Positions 25,694-37,620 of a stretch of DNA of 64,000 nucleotides are shown here, piece after piece. The position numbers were made by a program, and so were the translations under genes. A model generated the notes under the pieces. It made no database searches, had not been told where the DNA came from, and saw nothing but the letters and a program-made list of their open reading frames with translations. The stretch lies in the NCBI RefSeq assembly GCF_009834535.1, contig NC_045696.1, forward strand, positions 89,528,001 through 89,592,000, in the 5' to 3' direction. Source of the DNA: Camelus ferus (Eukaryota). Positions within the stretch are counted from its first letter, which is position 1, and every line of letters begins with the position of its first letter.

Positions 25694-27449
25694 GAGGCAA
25701 AGAGAGTGAGTCGCCGGGCCGAGCTTGCTCCTGCCGCCCGCCGCGAATGCCCCGGCCCAGTGCCCTGCGCCCGCCCGGCCTGGGGTGCGCCCCTCAAGGA
25801 GGCCGGGGGTTGGAAGACGGCACCAGCCTGAGGCTTCTCTCATCCCACTCCCTCCCCTGCCACAACCAGACTTCCTCAGAGCAACTAACCCTCAAATCAG
25901 CAAAGGGGGTGCCCAGCCACCGGCGCGCACACTTTCCATAAGAGGGACCTCAGGGCGCGCATGGACTTTGTTTTAACCATTTTGCGCCGGGCGCGCCCCT
26001 GCACCCCGCCCCAGGGATTCTCCGAGAACCAGACACTTTCCCAGAGAATTATAATTCCTTGGGGGCGGGGACCGAGAAGAGGGTGGGCGGCTACTAAATT
26101 CGCACCTCGCGCGGGGCGCCGAGACCACCCCCACCCGGCCCCGCCCCGCCCCCGCCGGCGGCGGGGAGCCCGGCTCCTCGCGCGAGCTGAGCTTTACTTT
26201 CTAAGGAACCGCAGGCAGCTCAGAGGTCTCACTCCCGCCTCCGCGCCTGCCGGGCCGGCCCCTCCTCGGCTCGCCGGAAGGCTCGGGGTGGGGGGCGTTC
26301 TCGGCTCCCGCCGGGCAGGGTGGCCCCCGCCGCCCCTAAAGGTGTGCCGGGTCCGGGCCCGGCGGCAGTCGCTGCGGGCGCCGCCGCCGCCCTGGGGGAG
26401 GGAGGACGCGCCCTCCCGGCACGGAGCCGGTCCCGCCACCGAGCATGCCCAGAGGCTGCCGGGCGCGGCGCAGTCCGCTCTCCCGGCTTTCTCGGCAGCA
26501 GACTGGGGCGGGAGACCGGGCGGGGATGGGGTTGGAGAGGCTGGGAAAAGGCCCGAGGGCAGGGGACTCGGGGCTCTAGGGGCGCAGACCCGGCCACTTA
26601 GCAGGGGCGGCGCCCTGGGGAGGGTGGTGAATTTAACCTCTCAGACACACTCATATATCCTGGGCGCGCCTCAAGCCCTCTCTGAGGGGCTCATTACCCT
26701 CCACCCCAAACCTCCCGGCGGTCCCAAGCGCAGGCCCGGTTTCTCCCAACCCACGCGGAAGTCCCCGAGTGACCCCTTGAAGGACCTCCCCCCACCCCCA
26801 CGCGCACATACACAAGCCCATTTGGGAGCCCGGATGACGTGTGCTGGGTGGTCATGCACCATCATTTCCCTTCCACCTTCCTCTTGGCCGCTTCCTCTCC
26901 CTCCACCGCCCAGCTCCAGTCGCCTGGCCTGGCCGTCTGCCCTTACAAGTTCAGGCTGTGGGTGGAACCTGTTGCTTTAGCTCACGTTTTCTTTCCCCTC
27001 CCGGCTGCACGCTGAGGATGACCTGTGAGAGGTGTGTGTATGAGGAATGGAGGAGGAAGTATGAGATGGGACTGCTTTCTGGCATGGAGGTGCGGAATCT
27101 GTTCTCAAGGTTTGGGCGGGCTTCCAAAGCCCCCTTTGGCCACCTCCAATCAAGAGGACATTAAAGGAGGGGAAAAGGTGGGTGTCGGGTCACGTGCTCC
27201 TGTCACAGGCGCTGGCTTGGCTTCCTTAAAATTTTCAGGAAACTGAGTTGAAGAAACTAATGCTGGCTTTTTCAAAACACAGCGACTGCCCTAGTTTGGC
27301 AGCTCATCCTCTTTAGGAACAAGGTTCCATGAAGTGGAAGATACTACTGGAAAATGGATATGGGTCATATAGAGCCCCTTTTAAGGATGAAGACTTTCCT
27401 GTGAAGGAGCTGTTACCCAACCCCCGGGAAGTAGGACATGATTATGAAA

Positions 27450-27680
27450 AACAGCACTGAGAACTTAAATGGTCTCCCACATGCAAAGAAAGATAAATAT
27501 GTGAGTGAGGTGATGGATGTGTTAACTAGATGGAGGGGGGTTTCCTTTCACAACATATATCTCTCTCTATATATAGAATATAAAATCACCATGGTGCACA
27601 CTTTAAATATCTTACAACTTAGATGTCAGTTATACCTCAATAAAGCTGAAAAAATTTTTAAAAAGAAAAAGAAAATCAGT
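27450..27680 (+). mobile_element. L1MA-type (L1MA8/9-like) 3' end with A-rich tail
   Basis: GAGGTGATGGATGTGTTAACTAG...TTTCACAAC...GTTATACCTCAATAAAGCTGAAAAAA. Confidence 0.8.
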
Positions 27681-28430
27681 GCTTAATTGTACCGCACTTT
27701 GGAGAAAACCAGTTTCCCTGAACTTTCAAATTTGGGCCTGTTACTGATTATTCCCACTAAATTCTAGCCTGGACCAGGCCACTACCCTGGCTTGGCACCC
27801 TCCAGATGGAGGAACAGAGGAATGCTTGGAATTCTTTAGTAGGGAGTGGCTGTCACCCTGACATTTCTTCTAGGTCCTAACTGGGAGAGACCCTTTGTTT
27901 AAGTGATTTCAGTGAACTGCAACTCTTTGCTCTCTTAGGTAGACCCGAGCCAGGGGAGATAAACTAATCTTTTAACTTGCCTGGAAGCAGCTATCTAATG
28001 AATAACAGGAAAGGGGGCCTTCTAGTCTGGCCTCTTAACAGCTCTTCTGTAAAACAGGACTGATTATAACTTAAAATGTCTTTTATGGTAACATCTGTAA
28101 ACAGCCTGCCTCGTGCTCCAAATATGGTTTGATTTTGAGGTTGCTGCAGAGCCCTGGGTCAGATGGCTGCCCCCCTGTGGAGTGGAGATGGCCCTGTGAG
28201 TGTTCAGAGATGTGGGTAGACAGCATTCTGTGCTGGGGACTAGATAGCTGCTTTTCAAGTGACTTGGCAAGGCTCAGGTCAGAAAAAGCTCCCTGCTCTG
28301 TGGCAGGACACAGGTAGACAGACAAGTGTGGATCAGCTGGGGTGATATGGGAGAGTTGTAGTGTCCGTCCAATTTTCAAACATCAGGACCTCTTCAGCCA
28401 CCCACCCAGACTCCCTCCTGGGCTCTGGCT

Positions 28431-28446
28431 CAGCCCCCTGCTGCCC
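28431..28446 (-). promoter_or_regulatory. Candidate CTCF site
   Basis: Minus strand GGGCAGCAGGGGGCTG is a close match to the CCASYAGRKGGC core. Motif only. Confidence 0.4.
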
Positions 28447-28989
28447 AGATGGTCTGTGTTCAGGGAATGCAAAATGAGGCCTTAGGAAAACATTTGGCAA
28501 GGTAAATCCATTGCCAAAAATGCATGGCATTTCAAAGCCAAATAGAAACATCTTTGAATTATCTGTCCTTTTAAATTATTTTCTGACCAGATATTCTGGA
28601 TCAGATGGGAAAGTACCAGGTTTCCTTTTTTTCTTTTCTTTTCATGCAAGGTGCCTGGCTAGCCCAGTTTGCATTCTGTTTCCAACTTTCCATCTCCTGC
28701 CAAGAACCATCCCACTTTGGAACAGGAAGCTCTGCCAACTGCTTGGCCAGCAACAGTCTACAGATATGTCCAGCAGGATGGAGAGATGATTTGCAAAGTG
28801 ATTGAGAGGCCCTGTCTTCCTGTTTACAGGAACAGTTCCCCAAGTCAAGGGCTTGGGGCTTACAGACTTAGATTTGTCCTCTGCAACCTCTGTAAATTAG
28901 ATGTCAGACATGTGAGTCAGGTGGGTGTCATCCCAGACCAGCACCTTCCCCAATCAATCTCCAGGGTCCTGTCCCTCTCAATTCCCACT

Positions 28990-29380
28990 ATCCCCACCCT
29001 AGTCTAGATCACTGTGTCCTGAAATTACTAAAGTCTCCCTACCATCTCTGCAAGCAGCCAGAGTGCCTTTCTACAATGCAAATCTAAGCAAGTCTCTCCA
29101 GACTTCATTAACCCCCGTTTCCCCTCCCATGGCTTCTCACTGCCTTTAAAAGAACTGCTTCCTGCCCAACCTCCTCCAACTTCTTTTGGTTAATTTCTAC
29201 TCAGTCCTTTAAGTCTCAGCATCGATGTCACTTCCTCCTGGTAGGCCTCCCTGATTCTCTGTATTTGAGCGAAGAGGATCAGGTGACTTTCCTATGCTCC
29301 CATGATGCTCACTTCGCTTATCACACATGCTGTATCGAGGTTGCTGTTTAACTGCTTATCTTCTTGAGTAGAGTCAAGAA
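28990..29380 (+). mobile_element. L2 fragment
   Basis: GCAGCCAGAGTGCCTTTCTACAATGCAAATCT...TAAGTCTCAGCATCGATGTCACTTCCTCCTGGTAGGCCTCCCTGA. Confidence 0.7.
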
Positions 29381-29644
29381 TCCATTTTACAGCAAGACCC
29401 AGGCTTCAATATTTTTAAAATATTAAAAAATTTCATAAAACTCTTTATTTTGTAAAATCCTATTCTAATTCATTTAAAACAAAATGTGTTCACACTTCAC
29501 CACTGACATCACAACCCTTAAATAGGTCAGAGTTCCTAGTGTGAAAAAATACTCTAAATTCCGTGAAGGAAGGGGCCATTTCTATCTTGTTCATAGTAAT
29601 TGGAATGGAATAAGAACTTGACTGATATTTGTTGCTGCAATTAT

Positions 29645-29830
29645 TAATAGTAACGTTGAATTCGTTTAATCCTCAAAAACCCTATAAAGAAGCGATTATC
29701 TCTATCTATAGGTGAAGAAGCTGAGGATGGGGAAGTGAAGAAAGCTGCCTAATGTCCAGAGCTGGAAAGCCAGGTGGCAGAGCCAGGATTTGAACCAAGG
29801 TAGCTAGGCGTCAGAATCCTTGCTCTTAGT
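29645..29830 (-). mobile_element. MIR SINE
   Basis: TTTAATCCTCAAAAACCCTAT...TAGGTGAAGAAGCTGAGG...GCAGAGCCAGGATTTGAACCAAGG. Confidence 0.75.
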
Positions 29831-32060
29831 CACTGAGCCAAGAGCTTAGTACCTCTTGGTCTAGATGCATATGGATGGATTCTGACCAAGCGAACATGTC
29901 AGAAAGGGTCTCGCTGCAGCAGCAGTTCTCCGTCCCCTGCCCTGCAGAGGCTCCTTGGGCAGTGCCTATTTCTATGCAGAGAAAAAGGCAGCTGGCAAGA
30001 GCAGCTGCTCCCCTCTGCTCACACGTGCTCCAGTCAGCCACCTCAGCTGTCAACCAGGTCAGCAACAGTCTGCTCGCTGGGGCATTTCATTGTCTAAAGG
30101 AAGAGTGTAGACACCTCAGAAAATGAATTTCACATTGTTATTAACTACATGCCTTAAATTCCCCCTCCCACTCCCCAAAACCAAATCCTTTAAGAAGGTA
30201 GCCACCCTAAGATTGAGATACTCACTTTGACATGGATAGGAAACTGAATAATACTCAAAGCGGAGGGATGAGATCATGTTCCTTAAGGGTCAGGGCTATT
30301 TATAGGATTTTAATCTGTAAAGGCAACATTTGAGAAAAGACAGGATTGAAATATTTAAATCGTAAGGAGTATGAATTGGTGGGGAAAAGATTTATTTGCA
30401 AAACTCCCAAACCAATTCTGAAGTTATTAGCCCTAACGCTGAACCTTCTCTAAGTTGTGGCATTTAGAGTAATAAAGAAATGGCTGGCAAAGGGGTTTGT
30501 ATTTCATCTTTATTACGTGAATTACATGCGAGTCACATGCGGTCCACAGATGCTCTCCTGTTTCATCACCTGAGTGTAACTACAAGGGAATATTTAACAG
30601 CACTGCGGGGCGAAGTGTCCTGGACATAGAACATCTGGGCTTCGTTTCCAGCCCTGTCTCTAACCACCTTTGTGACCTCAGTTTCCTCATGAAGGGGGCT
30701 GGACTGCATGATCATGGTGTTAAGAAAATATTAAGAACAAATTAAATGAATGGGTAAGTGAATGAATTCAAAGGCTGCTTCTAGCTTAAAGACCCTTCGG
30801 AAATGTGTGAATCATTTTATCACTTTCCTTCTTGTGAGATACAAAGTTTGTTCCTCCCCTAATTTAAAACCAAGGTCTGTCTCCATTAGGCAGGTTGAAT
30901 GCATGGTATTTTTTCTATATTTCTGTGGAGCCAATGGGTTGATCTTAACTGATTAGTCTGTCTGTGTAGGTACCTTGGAGATGGATTTTATATGTCCTAA
31001 AATAGTTTTTTTCTTTCTTTCATTTATAGAGCTGTACTTTAGTGAAAAGGCCTCTTTAAAAAATTAGCATCTGAAATGTTTTGAATCTCTAGCAAACCAT
31101 GAGACTGCATTTATTTCCTACGTTTTCCTCAATAAAAATGAAATGGCAAAATCTAGGCAAAACTCAGCCCTTAACAGAGAGCTCCAATGACCTATTTTCT
31201 AAACCTGAAACCAGGACACTTGGCTTGACAAATACTACAGCACTTAGGGAAACTAGGTGAATGCATGTTTGAAGTGAAGATTACCCTGAAGTCTGTGGGC
31301 ACTGGTGCGCTCGAAGGGCAGCAAAGGGGCAGCGTCTTTATCGGAGAAAAGCCACATGGAGGGTGTCAGGACCTCAGCATACGGCCGCACAGACCGTGCC
31401 CTGAACAGTGCCAGGAGGCCTGTGACCTGCACCACAGGTCCCTGCCGGGAGGGACCATTTGGCACCCTTAGCATAGGTGGCAATGTAAATGACGCCCCCT
31501 GTAGTTGCTCAGTGGAAAACGGTAAACTGGGTGCTACTGGGAATTCCCCTGGTAGGAAATTTGTTCTCTGCTGACAAGATTGGAAGAGGAGAGCTGCTCT
31601 TCTTCTCCTAATCAAGTCATACCTCAGATTGGATGGCCCTGACACAAATTCAACATGTCTAAACTCTCCGGTCTTTTTCCAGAAGTTTTCTGTCATCAGG
31701 TTCTGCTTTCCTTAAGTGCTTAGCAATTCTTGAAAGTGCAATCTGTAAGCAACTCTCAATTTATTTTTTGAGCTCTATTGAAGGGCATAAAGTACATAAA
31801 AGGATGTTTAGGAAAAGCTGGGGACGTTTGCAGACACACTGCATGAGCTCAGGGAAGCATCACAAGTGATGGGCACTGAAGCCCACATGCACATTCCTCA
31901 ACACAGGATCAAGTGCCTCAGAAATTGCGTGCCTTGGACTTTGATGTGTTCTGGTCACTTCTTGGCATAACTTTGGAAGCACTATAAAATTAGAAGATAG
32001 CTGCTGGCATTTGCCAATGCAATGTGAGCAGGAGGAATACATTTGAAAGTGAAGAAGGAG

Positions 32061-32155
32061 AGGGGGCGGGTATAGCTCGGTGGTAGAGCGCATGCCTAGT
32101 ATGTACCAGGTCCTGGGTTCAATCTCCAGCACCTCCATTAAAAAAAAAAAAAAAA
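32061..32155 (+). mobile_element. tRNA-derived SINE, camelid Vic-1 type
   Basis: GGGGGCGGGTATAGCTCGGTGGTAGAGCGCATGCCTAG...GGTTCAATCTCCAGCACCTCCA followed by A16. A box at 32073-32083, B box at 32116-32127. TSD AAAGTGAAGAAG at 32046-32057 and 32153-32164. Confidence 0.88.
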
Positions 32156-32524
32156 GTGAAGAAGCAGCATGGTGGGATGGGAGATAACTCTTCCAAGAGA
32201 CTTGGCTCTGCCTCTGACCAGGTTTGCATTTATGGGCAAGGCGGTCCCTGGAGATCTTTGGACCACTGGTCTCATCATGGAGTTGTATGACGTTGTCAGA
32301 TGGCTCCAAGCCTCAGGCAAGTGAGGTAAATGAGTGAAGCTGGCAGCAGGGGCAACAGAAAGGAACAGGGTGAGCCACTGAGTCACTAAACAGCATGCAC
32401 AAAGCCATCCATATTAAAATTCAGAACAAAAAGCAGGTTTACCCTCAGTTTACCCCTGAATTACCACTTGGGCCTCTGCTCTGAGCTCTATATCCCTGGA
32501 GTTGAAGTCTGTATGGAAATGAGT

Positions 32525-32658
32525 TAGGGAGACCATACAACTTGGCTGGTACAAGCTGGTCCTGCTTTATACCTGTTGTCCTGCCATAATTATTAATGGT
32601 GCCCTCCTTCATTCTCAAAAGTGTCCCAGTTTCCATAATAAAGTATATGATCATCCCA
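32525..32658. mobile_element. MER94 hAT-Blackjack element
   Basis: Degenerate TIRs TAGGGAGACCATA / TATGATCATCCCA, with internal CCTGTTGTCCTGCCATAATTATTAAT...CTCAAAAGTGTCCCAGTTT. Confidence 0.8.
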
Positions 32659-32829
32659 CGGAAAGGGACTCAGCAGTGACTGAACCTGTGGAGCAGCATC
32701 ACCCAGATCTGTCCAAACCTTCAGATGAAGTTGAGCAGATTTGGTGGCATTGTTTTATAGGTCTTTAGTAATTAAAATAAATTTCCAAAATATCGCAACA
32801 AAATGGTTCAATAAAAAGCATTGTGTCAT

Positions 32830-34620
32830 GAATTTAATTAAAAAACACAGAAAATATATGAGAGGCTATCAGTTTGTTAAAAGTGTTCAACTTTACTAGT
32901 AATCAAAGAAATGCAATTTCAACAGTAATGAGGTAATATTTTGCCTGTAAAAGTATTTTAAAATTATTTAGAACTACAATGCTCAATGTCAGAATGGATG
33001 TGATGGAAGGAACGCTCATGTCCTTTTGGTGGGCTTATAAATTGGTTGATACAAACTTTCTGAAATACTATGTGATATTATGTTTTAAATATCATTCCAA
33101 AGTTTATACTCCATGGCCTGTTAATTGAACAAACATTTACTGAGACCTGTTACATGCCAGGCGATGGGAGGTAGAGAGGTGAAAGAGTCAAATACAACTT
33201 GCCCCCCAAATGGAACTTCACTGTAGTGGAGAAAAAGACATCATGGAGGAAAGAAATATGTGACAATTTAGATTACAGTTTGTAGTAAGTACCCCAAAGG
33301 TAGACAGATATGATGCTGAGAGAGCCTGGAGGTAGCATGTGTGTCCCGGGAGGTTCAGGAAATGGGTTGGTCAGCTGAAGAGGGAGGGAAGGGTGTTACA
33401 GGCAGAGGGAACATTGGGAACAAAGGTTTTGAGGCTGAAAGCAGCTCAGCACAAGTGAGTTACTGAAAGAAAACCACTAGGTTGGAGCAAAAGAGTCCAG
33501 GAAAAGTGGCAGCAAAATGAAGGTGGAAGGGGGGGGGCAGAGGTTGCCATTTAAGATCCTCATCTTAACAGCCACTTTAAGGGCTGTGAAAGCAGACTGA
33601 CATTTTAGAAACTTTCTCCACGGTGGGGAACTGCATGGGGAGAGGACAGAGCAGGCTATAGAGAGACCAGTTAGGTAGCAAATATAGTAGTCCAGGAAAG
33701 AGATGAATATGGCTTGGATGAGAGTTGGGGAGATGGAGTGAAACGGAAATATTAAAGATACATTAAGATGGTAGAATCAGCAGGACCTGGTGACTGAATA
33801 GATGGGGGTGGGGAGGGAGAGAGAGATGTCACTGATGGTTTCCAGGTTGTTATCATAGGGAATTTAGTGGAAAGGTGATGTCTCTTTACTGAAATGGGCA
33901 ATTAGGAGGAGGGAGTTTTGGCATGGGAGCAGAAAGATGGAAAATATTGAGTCCTTTTTGGGCATTTTCTGTTTGAAATGGTATGAGACACATAAGTGGA
34001 GATGACTAGAAATTGTTTGGGTATGTAGGTCTGGAGCTTAGAAAAATGATCTGGGGCTGGTGATGTAAGTCTATGGGAGTCACAGCATAGAGATGGTATT
34101 TGAAAGCTTGGGTATAGGTGACATCATCTGGAGACAAATATAGAGAGTGAGAAGAGAAGGCCAGGTATCTAGCCCCGAGGAACTCCGTTGTTTACAGATG
34201 GAGGAGAAGAAGAGTGTGTTTGTAAGGAAGACAAGGAACAGAATAGGAGGAGAGACAATAGTTACTCTTTAAAAAATGTAGCCTAAGGACACAGAAATGA
34301 GGATCTAGATTTATGCATAAAGAGGCTCACTGTGGCATTTACAATAGTGAAAAATTAGCTCCATCCTAAATGTCAAGAAATGGGAAGATGTTTAAGTAAA
34401 TTGTGACATATTCATTCTGTGGAATAAATGCAGTCAAATCAGATGCTTTTGAAAATTATAACATTAAATGAATAAAAGAGGGCATACTGTTATACACACA
34501 ATGTGATCCACATTTTAAAAAAGTAAATGGTTATACACCTCGAAAAAGATGTAGCCAAATGTTAAGAGTGGTTAACTAGGGATGGCAAGATCGCAGGTGA
34601 TTTTTTTTTTACCTTTGTAT
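32830..34620 (+). mobile_element. L1ME-type LINE in two collinear pieces (~32830-33120 and ~34258-34620) split by an L2
   Basis: Left piece: ACTAGTAATCAAAGAAATGCAA...TTGGTGGG...ATAAATTGG. Right piece: CCTAAGGA...TTTACAATAGTGAAAAATT...CCTAAATGTC...AAGTAAATTGTG...GTGATCCACATT. Confidence 0.65.
33122..34255 (-). mobile_element. L2 LINE (~1.1 kb, 3' end)
   Basis: AACAAACATTTACTGAG...ATGCCAGGC...GGAGAGACCAGTTAGG...GTAGAATCAGCAGGACCTGGTGACTGA...GTCTGGAGCTTAG. Confidence 0.8.
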
Positions 34621-34935
34621 CTATTTTTATTTTTCAGTTTCTTTACAGTTGTCACAAAGTAGATGGTAGTATTTTTACAAAGCAGAGAACAAATTACAGA
34701 TATTTGTTTTCCTTAAAATGAATGATTCTGAATTTGTTAAAGAATACCATTAAAATCATTGTTCAGGTGAGAGAGAATTTATATAAACTGTGTGATGAAT
34801 CCTTTTATAAAACCAGTAATTTTTATGGTTCCATTAAATCACCTATTAAAGTTTTTGAATATCAAATTTTATTTCAAAATATAGATTGAGCCAGCACACT
34901 TTTGAAAAAAAGTTTGAGGTCATAATAAACAGAAG

Positions 34936-35124
34936 TAGGGGACAGCAAATTTTTCCTGTAAACGGCTAAATAGTAAATGTTTTCAACTTTGTGAGTCATG
35001 TAGACATGTTACCTATTTTTTTTTTCCCCTAAGGAAACCTTTAAAAACGCTCTTAGTTCTCAGGGCATACAAAACCATGTTGCAGGCTGGATTTGGCCCA
35101 CAGACCCCAGTTTGATGACTTCTG
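34936..35124. mobile_element. MER58-like hAT-Charlie element
   Basis: AGGGGACAGCAAATTTTTCCTGTAAACGGCTAAATAGTAAATGTTTT...GGCTGGATTTGGCCCACAG...CAGTTTGATGACTTCTG. Confidence 0.75.
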
Positions 35125-35554
35125 TAGTAAAGGATGAATACATAAGAAAAGCCCATGACTACTTTTTCCATAAAAGCTAACATAATATTGGGATTGAAGC
35201 TAGGTGAATCTTCAATTATTAGAGTCCTAGAACCAGTTTGGGTTTATTTCTCATTAGGAAGCAGAATAAATGGAAGAGGTCTAAAAAAGAAAACTTAAAA
35301 AAAAAGTTAATATATATTTGAATGGAAAACTGATCCTATGAAATTGGTACTTTGACCTAGAAAATAAAAGCTAAAGGAAATTTTTATTTACTTGTAAAAT
35401 GAAGAATCTGGCCATAATTCTTCTGTAATCTTAGATTTTTGGTACTATGAGGGGAGTGTTGCAGTTCTATACAAGAATCTCTTCACTTGTTCCTGCCACA
35501 AACCTGGGAGCCACCTTTGTCCCTCCCTCTGTGTCTCGCCTCCAGTCACCAGTT

Positions 35555-35842
35555 GATGTCCTTAGTGCTGACAGTGCTCCATGCAGATCCCTGGTTCTGG
35601 CCACTACACAACCCTCCCTACGCACCCCGCTGCTGTGAGTATTGGCTATGAAGGCTCACAGCTATCCTCTACAGCGCAACTTATCCCTCCGCCTTCATCA
35701 GGCCATCTGAGCCACATCCTACTTGGCATTTCCCCAGCCCCATCCCTGCTTCCCTCACTTCCTTATAGGCTTATCCTTAATAAGCCACCTGCATCCAAAT
35801 CCCTGTCTCAGGCTCTGCTTCTAGGGAATCTGACTTAATACA
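35555..35842 (+). mobile_element. LTR16A-like ERVL solo LTR with internal deletion
   Basis: GCTGCTGTGAGTATTGGCT...GGCTCACAGCT...CCTGCTTCCCTCACTTCCTT...TCCCTGTCTCAGGCTCTGCTTCTAGGGAATCTGACTTAATACA. Confidence 0.75.
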
Positions 35843-37453
35843 CCAAGTCCCAGTGATTCTACTTCCTAAGTACATTTGGCTTTCTGATCACTGCATCTGC
35901 TTGGAGAGAGGATACAGGACTGGTTATCCTTATAATTTTATTCTAATCCATGAATAAATTCAGAATGTATGATGTCAGTAACTTTTATGAATACCAGGAA
36001 ATAGTTCTTATAAAATATGCAGCAATGATCCAAAAAACAAAAACACCCACATGGGTAAACAAAGAGCCTGGAAGAGGTTTAGCTTTCAATTGACATTACT
36101 ATATAGAATTATTGCTAGTATTGTTTGTGAGTGGAAACAGCTGCCTCTCCAATATTATCAATTTTGCTAATTGTTACTGATTATGTTTTTAAAATTATAC
36201 AAATAACTAAGGCCTATAAATAATCTTTTATTATAAGAATTTTCCATTTTATTATACTGTAACAGGTTCATTGATGCTTAATACGATGTGGTTATTTGCT
36301 GACTCTGAAGGATACCTTAATTAAGATATGCATACATGTTCAATTTATCTTCTCAATTACACCTACATTAAAATCTTTAAAATCATGTTTGCAAAAGCAG
36401 TCAAGGAGTGGAGCCATGTAACTGTGACCTTGTGCTCTGTTGCATCTGGTCAGTGACTCGCAGTAACCTTCAAGAATAAGCTCCGAGTAAATCAGCGGGT
36501 TCTGTGCCTGGCTGTGGGGGAAGTGTGCACAGAGCCTAGCAGTCCAAGGGCTGGGTCAGGTGCAGAAGCGGGAGCTGGAAGCATGATGAACACAGAGCCC
36601 CTGCAACCGCCGGGGAGAGGGAGCACAAAAGCATGGAGCCTCCCCAGGGGAGACCGAACCATTTTTCCCTCCTCCCTCTTCACTTTCCCTCTTCTGGAAG
36701 AAGGAAATCAGCTCCTTCCCTACTTTCTCAATGAAATACATTTTGCTTCAAGTTATTCATAGTTATTTTCAACTATTTATTTCAACAATAAATCTATTAT
36801 GAAAAATCAAAGTGGACCATTCTTTGGTTTGATAATCAGTGAAACTGAGTGTTTAGTGTTTAGATAGCCATGATCAGGATATAAATTGCCCAGCAACAGA
36901 GACTAAAAGCCTCTTTTCCCCTCCTTTCTTACTTCTTGGGTTAAAACCAAAACAAAAACAAAAACCAGACACCCCTGAGTATGCTGTTATTTAAAGAGAA
37001 GTAAGTCCGTGTGATTCCAATACCTATGGTAAGTCTATTTCCTAGGAGTCTCTTTTCACTCTCTTAAAGTAACTTCAGTGAATTACAGCCACATTCCGCA
37101 GCCTGAGCATAGGTGTATGGCTCAAATCCCTCCCCCGTGCTCAGTGGAAGAGCCAGGCTCTCCCTCAGGTAGGATCTGGGCATAGTGCTGGAGGGTGGCG
37201 GGGTTGGCCTGAGATGACAGGTGGGCCCAAGGGGCAGGATCTGGTCCTAGGCTGTTGGAGCAAGTCACAATCACTTGGCTACCACCTCCAGGATTTTGCC
37301 ATACGATATTCCGCCTCTACTCCTATTTACATAGCATTTTTCTTTGAATCAACTTGTTTTTAAATTAAATTCATTCAAAGAGGAAATTTTATATCACTCT
37401 GATAAATGGAATGTAAGTATTATCTGCTAAAATAGAAGTGAAGTGTACATATA

Positions 37454-37620
37454 CTACGTTTCATCAGTTCCAAAAATAATTTTTAATGCCTCTGAAATTG
37501 GGATGTATCTTAGAAAATGGCAGCTTGTTATAATTGGCAACATCTCTGTTGTTCTTAGTAGCACATGAAATAATGAGGTGCTTTACATGTCAATGGTACA
37601 TTAGGTTTGATGAAATATAG
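37454..37620. mobile_element. MER104 (TcMar-Tc2) MITE
   Basis: TIRs CTACGTTTCATCAGTTCCAA / TTAGGTTTGATGAAATATAG, flanked by TA at 37452-37453 and 37621-37622; internal CTCTGAAATTGGGATGTATCTTA. Confidence 0.8.

Larger units (their letters stand above)
24730..27010. promoter_or_regulatory. CpG island spanning the SCHIP1 exon and ~1.3 kb upstream; probable internal promoter
   Basis: Very high GC and CpG density against a CpG-poor background. Multiple GC boxes (e.g. GGGGCGGGG 26062-26070, CCCCGCCCC repeats ~26139-26156). Confidence 0.9.

Noticed and set aside
24742-25797. 351-aa minus-strand ORF taken as a complete single-exon protein
   Set aside because: It reads through the upstream intron, the N gap and past the GTAAGT donor. 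Only 24991-~25686 is exon, and stop-free runs are expected in GC-rich DNA.
24886-26980. Long plus-strand ORFs (351 aa and 339 aa) in the CpG island
   Set aside because: Shadow ORFs of GC-rich sequence: Ala/Arg/Gly/Pro-rich, partly spanning Ns, with no recognisable homology.
32062-32137. Apparent tRNA gene
   Set aside because: The anticodon stem pairs poorly, and the A-tail and TSD identify it as a SINE.
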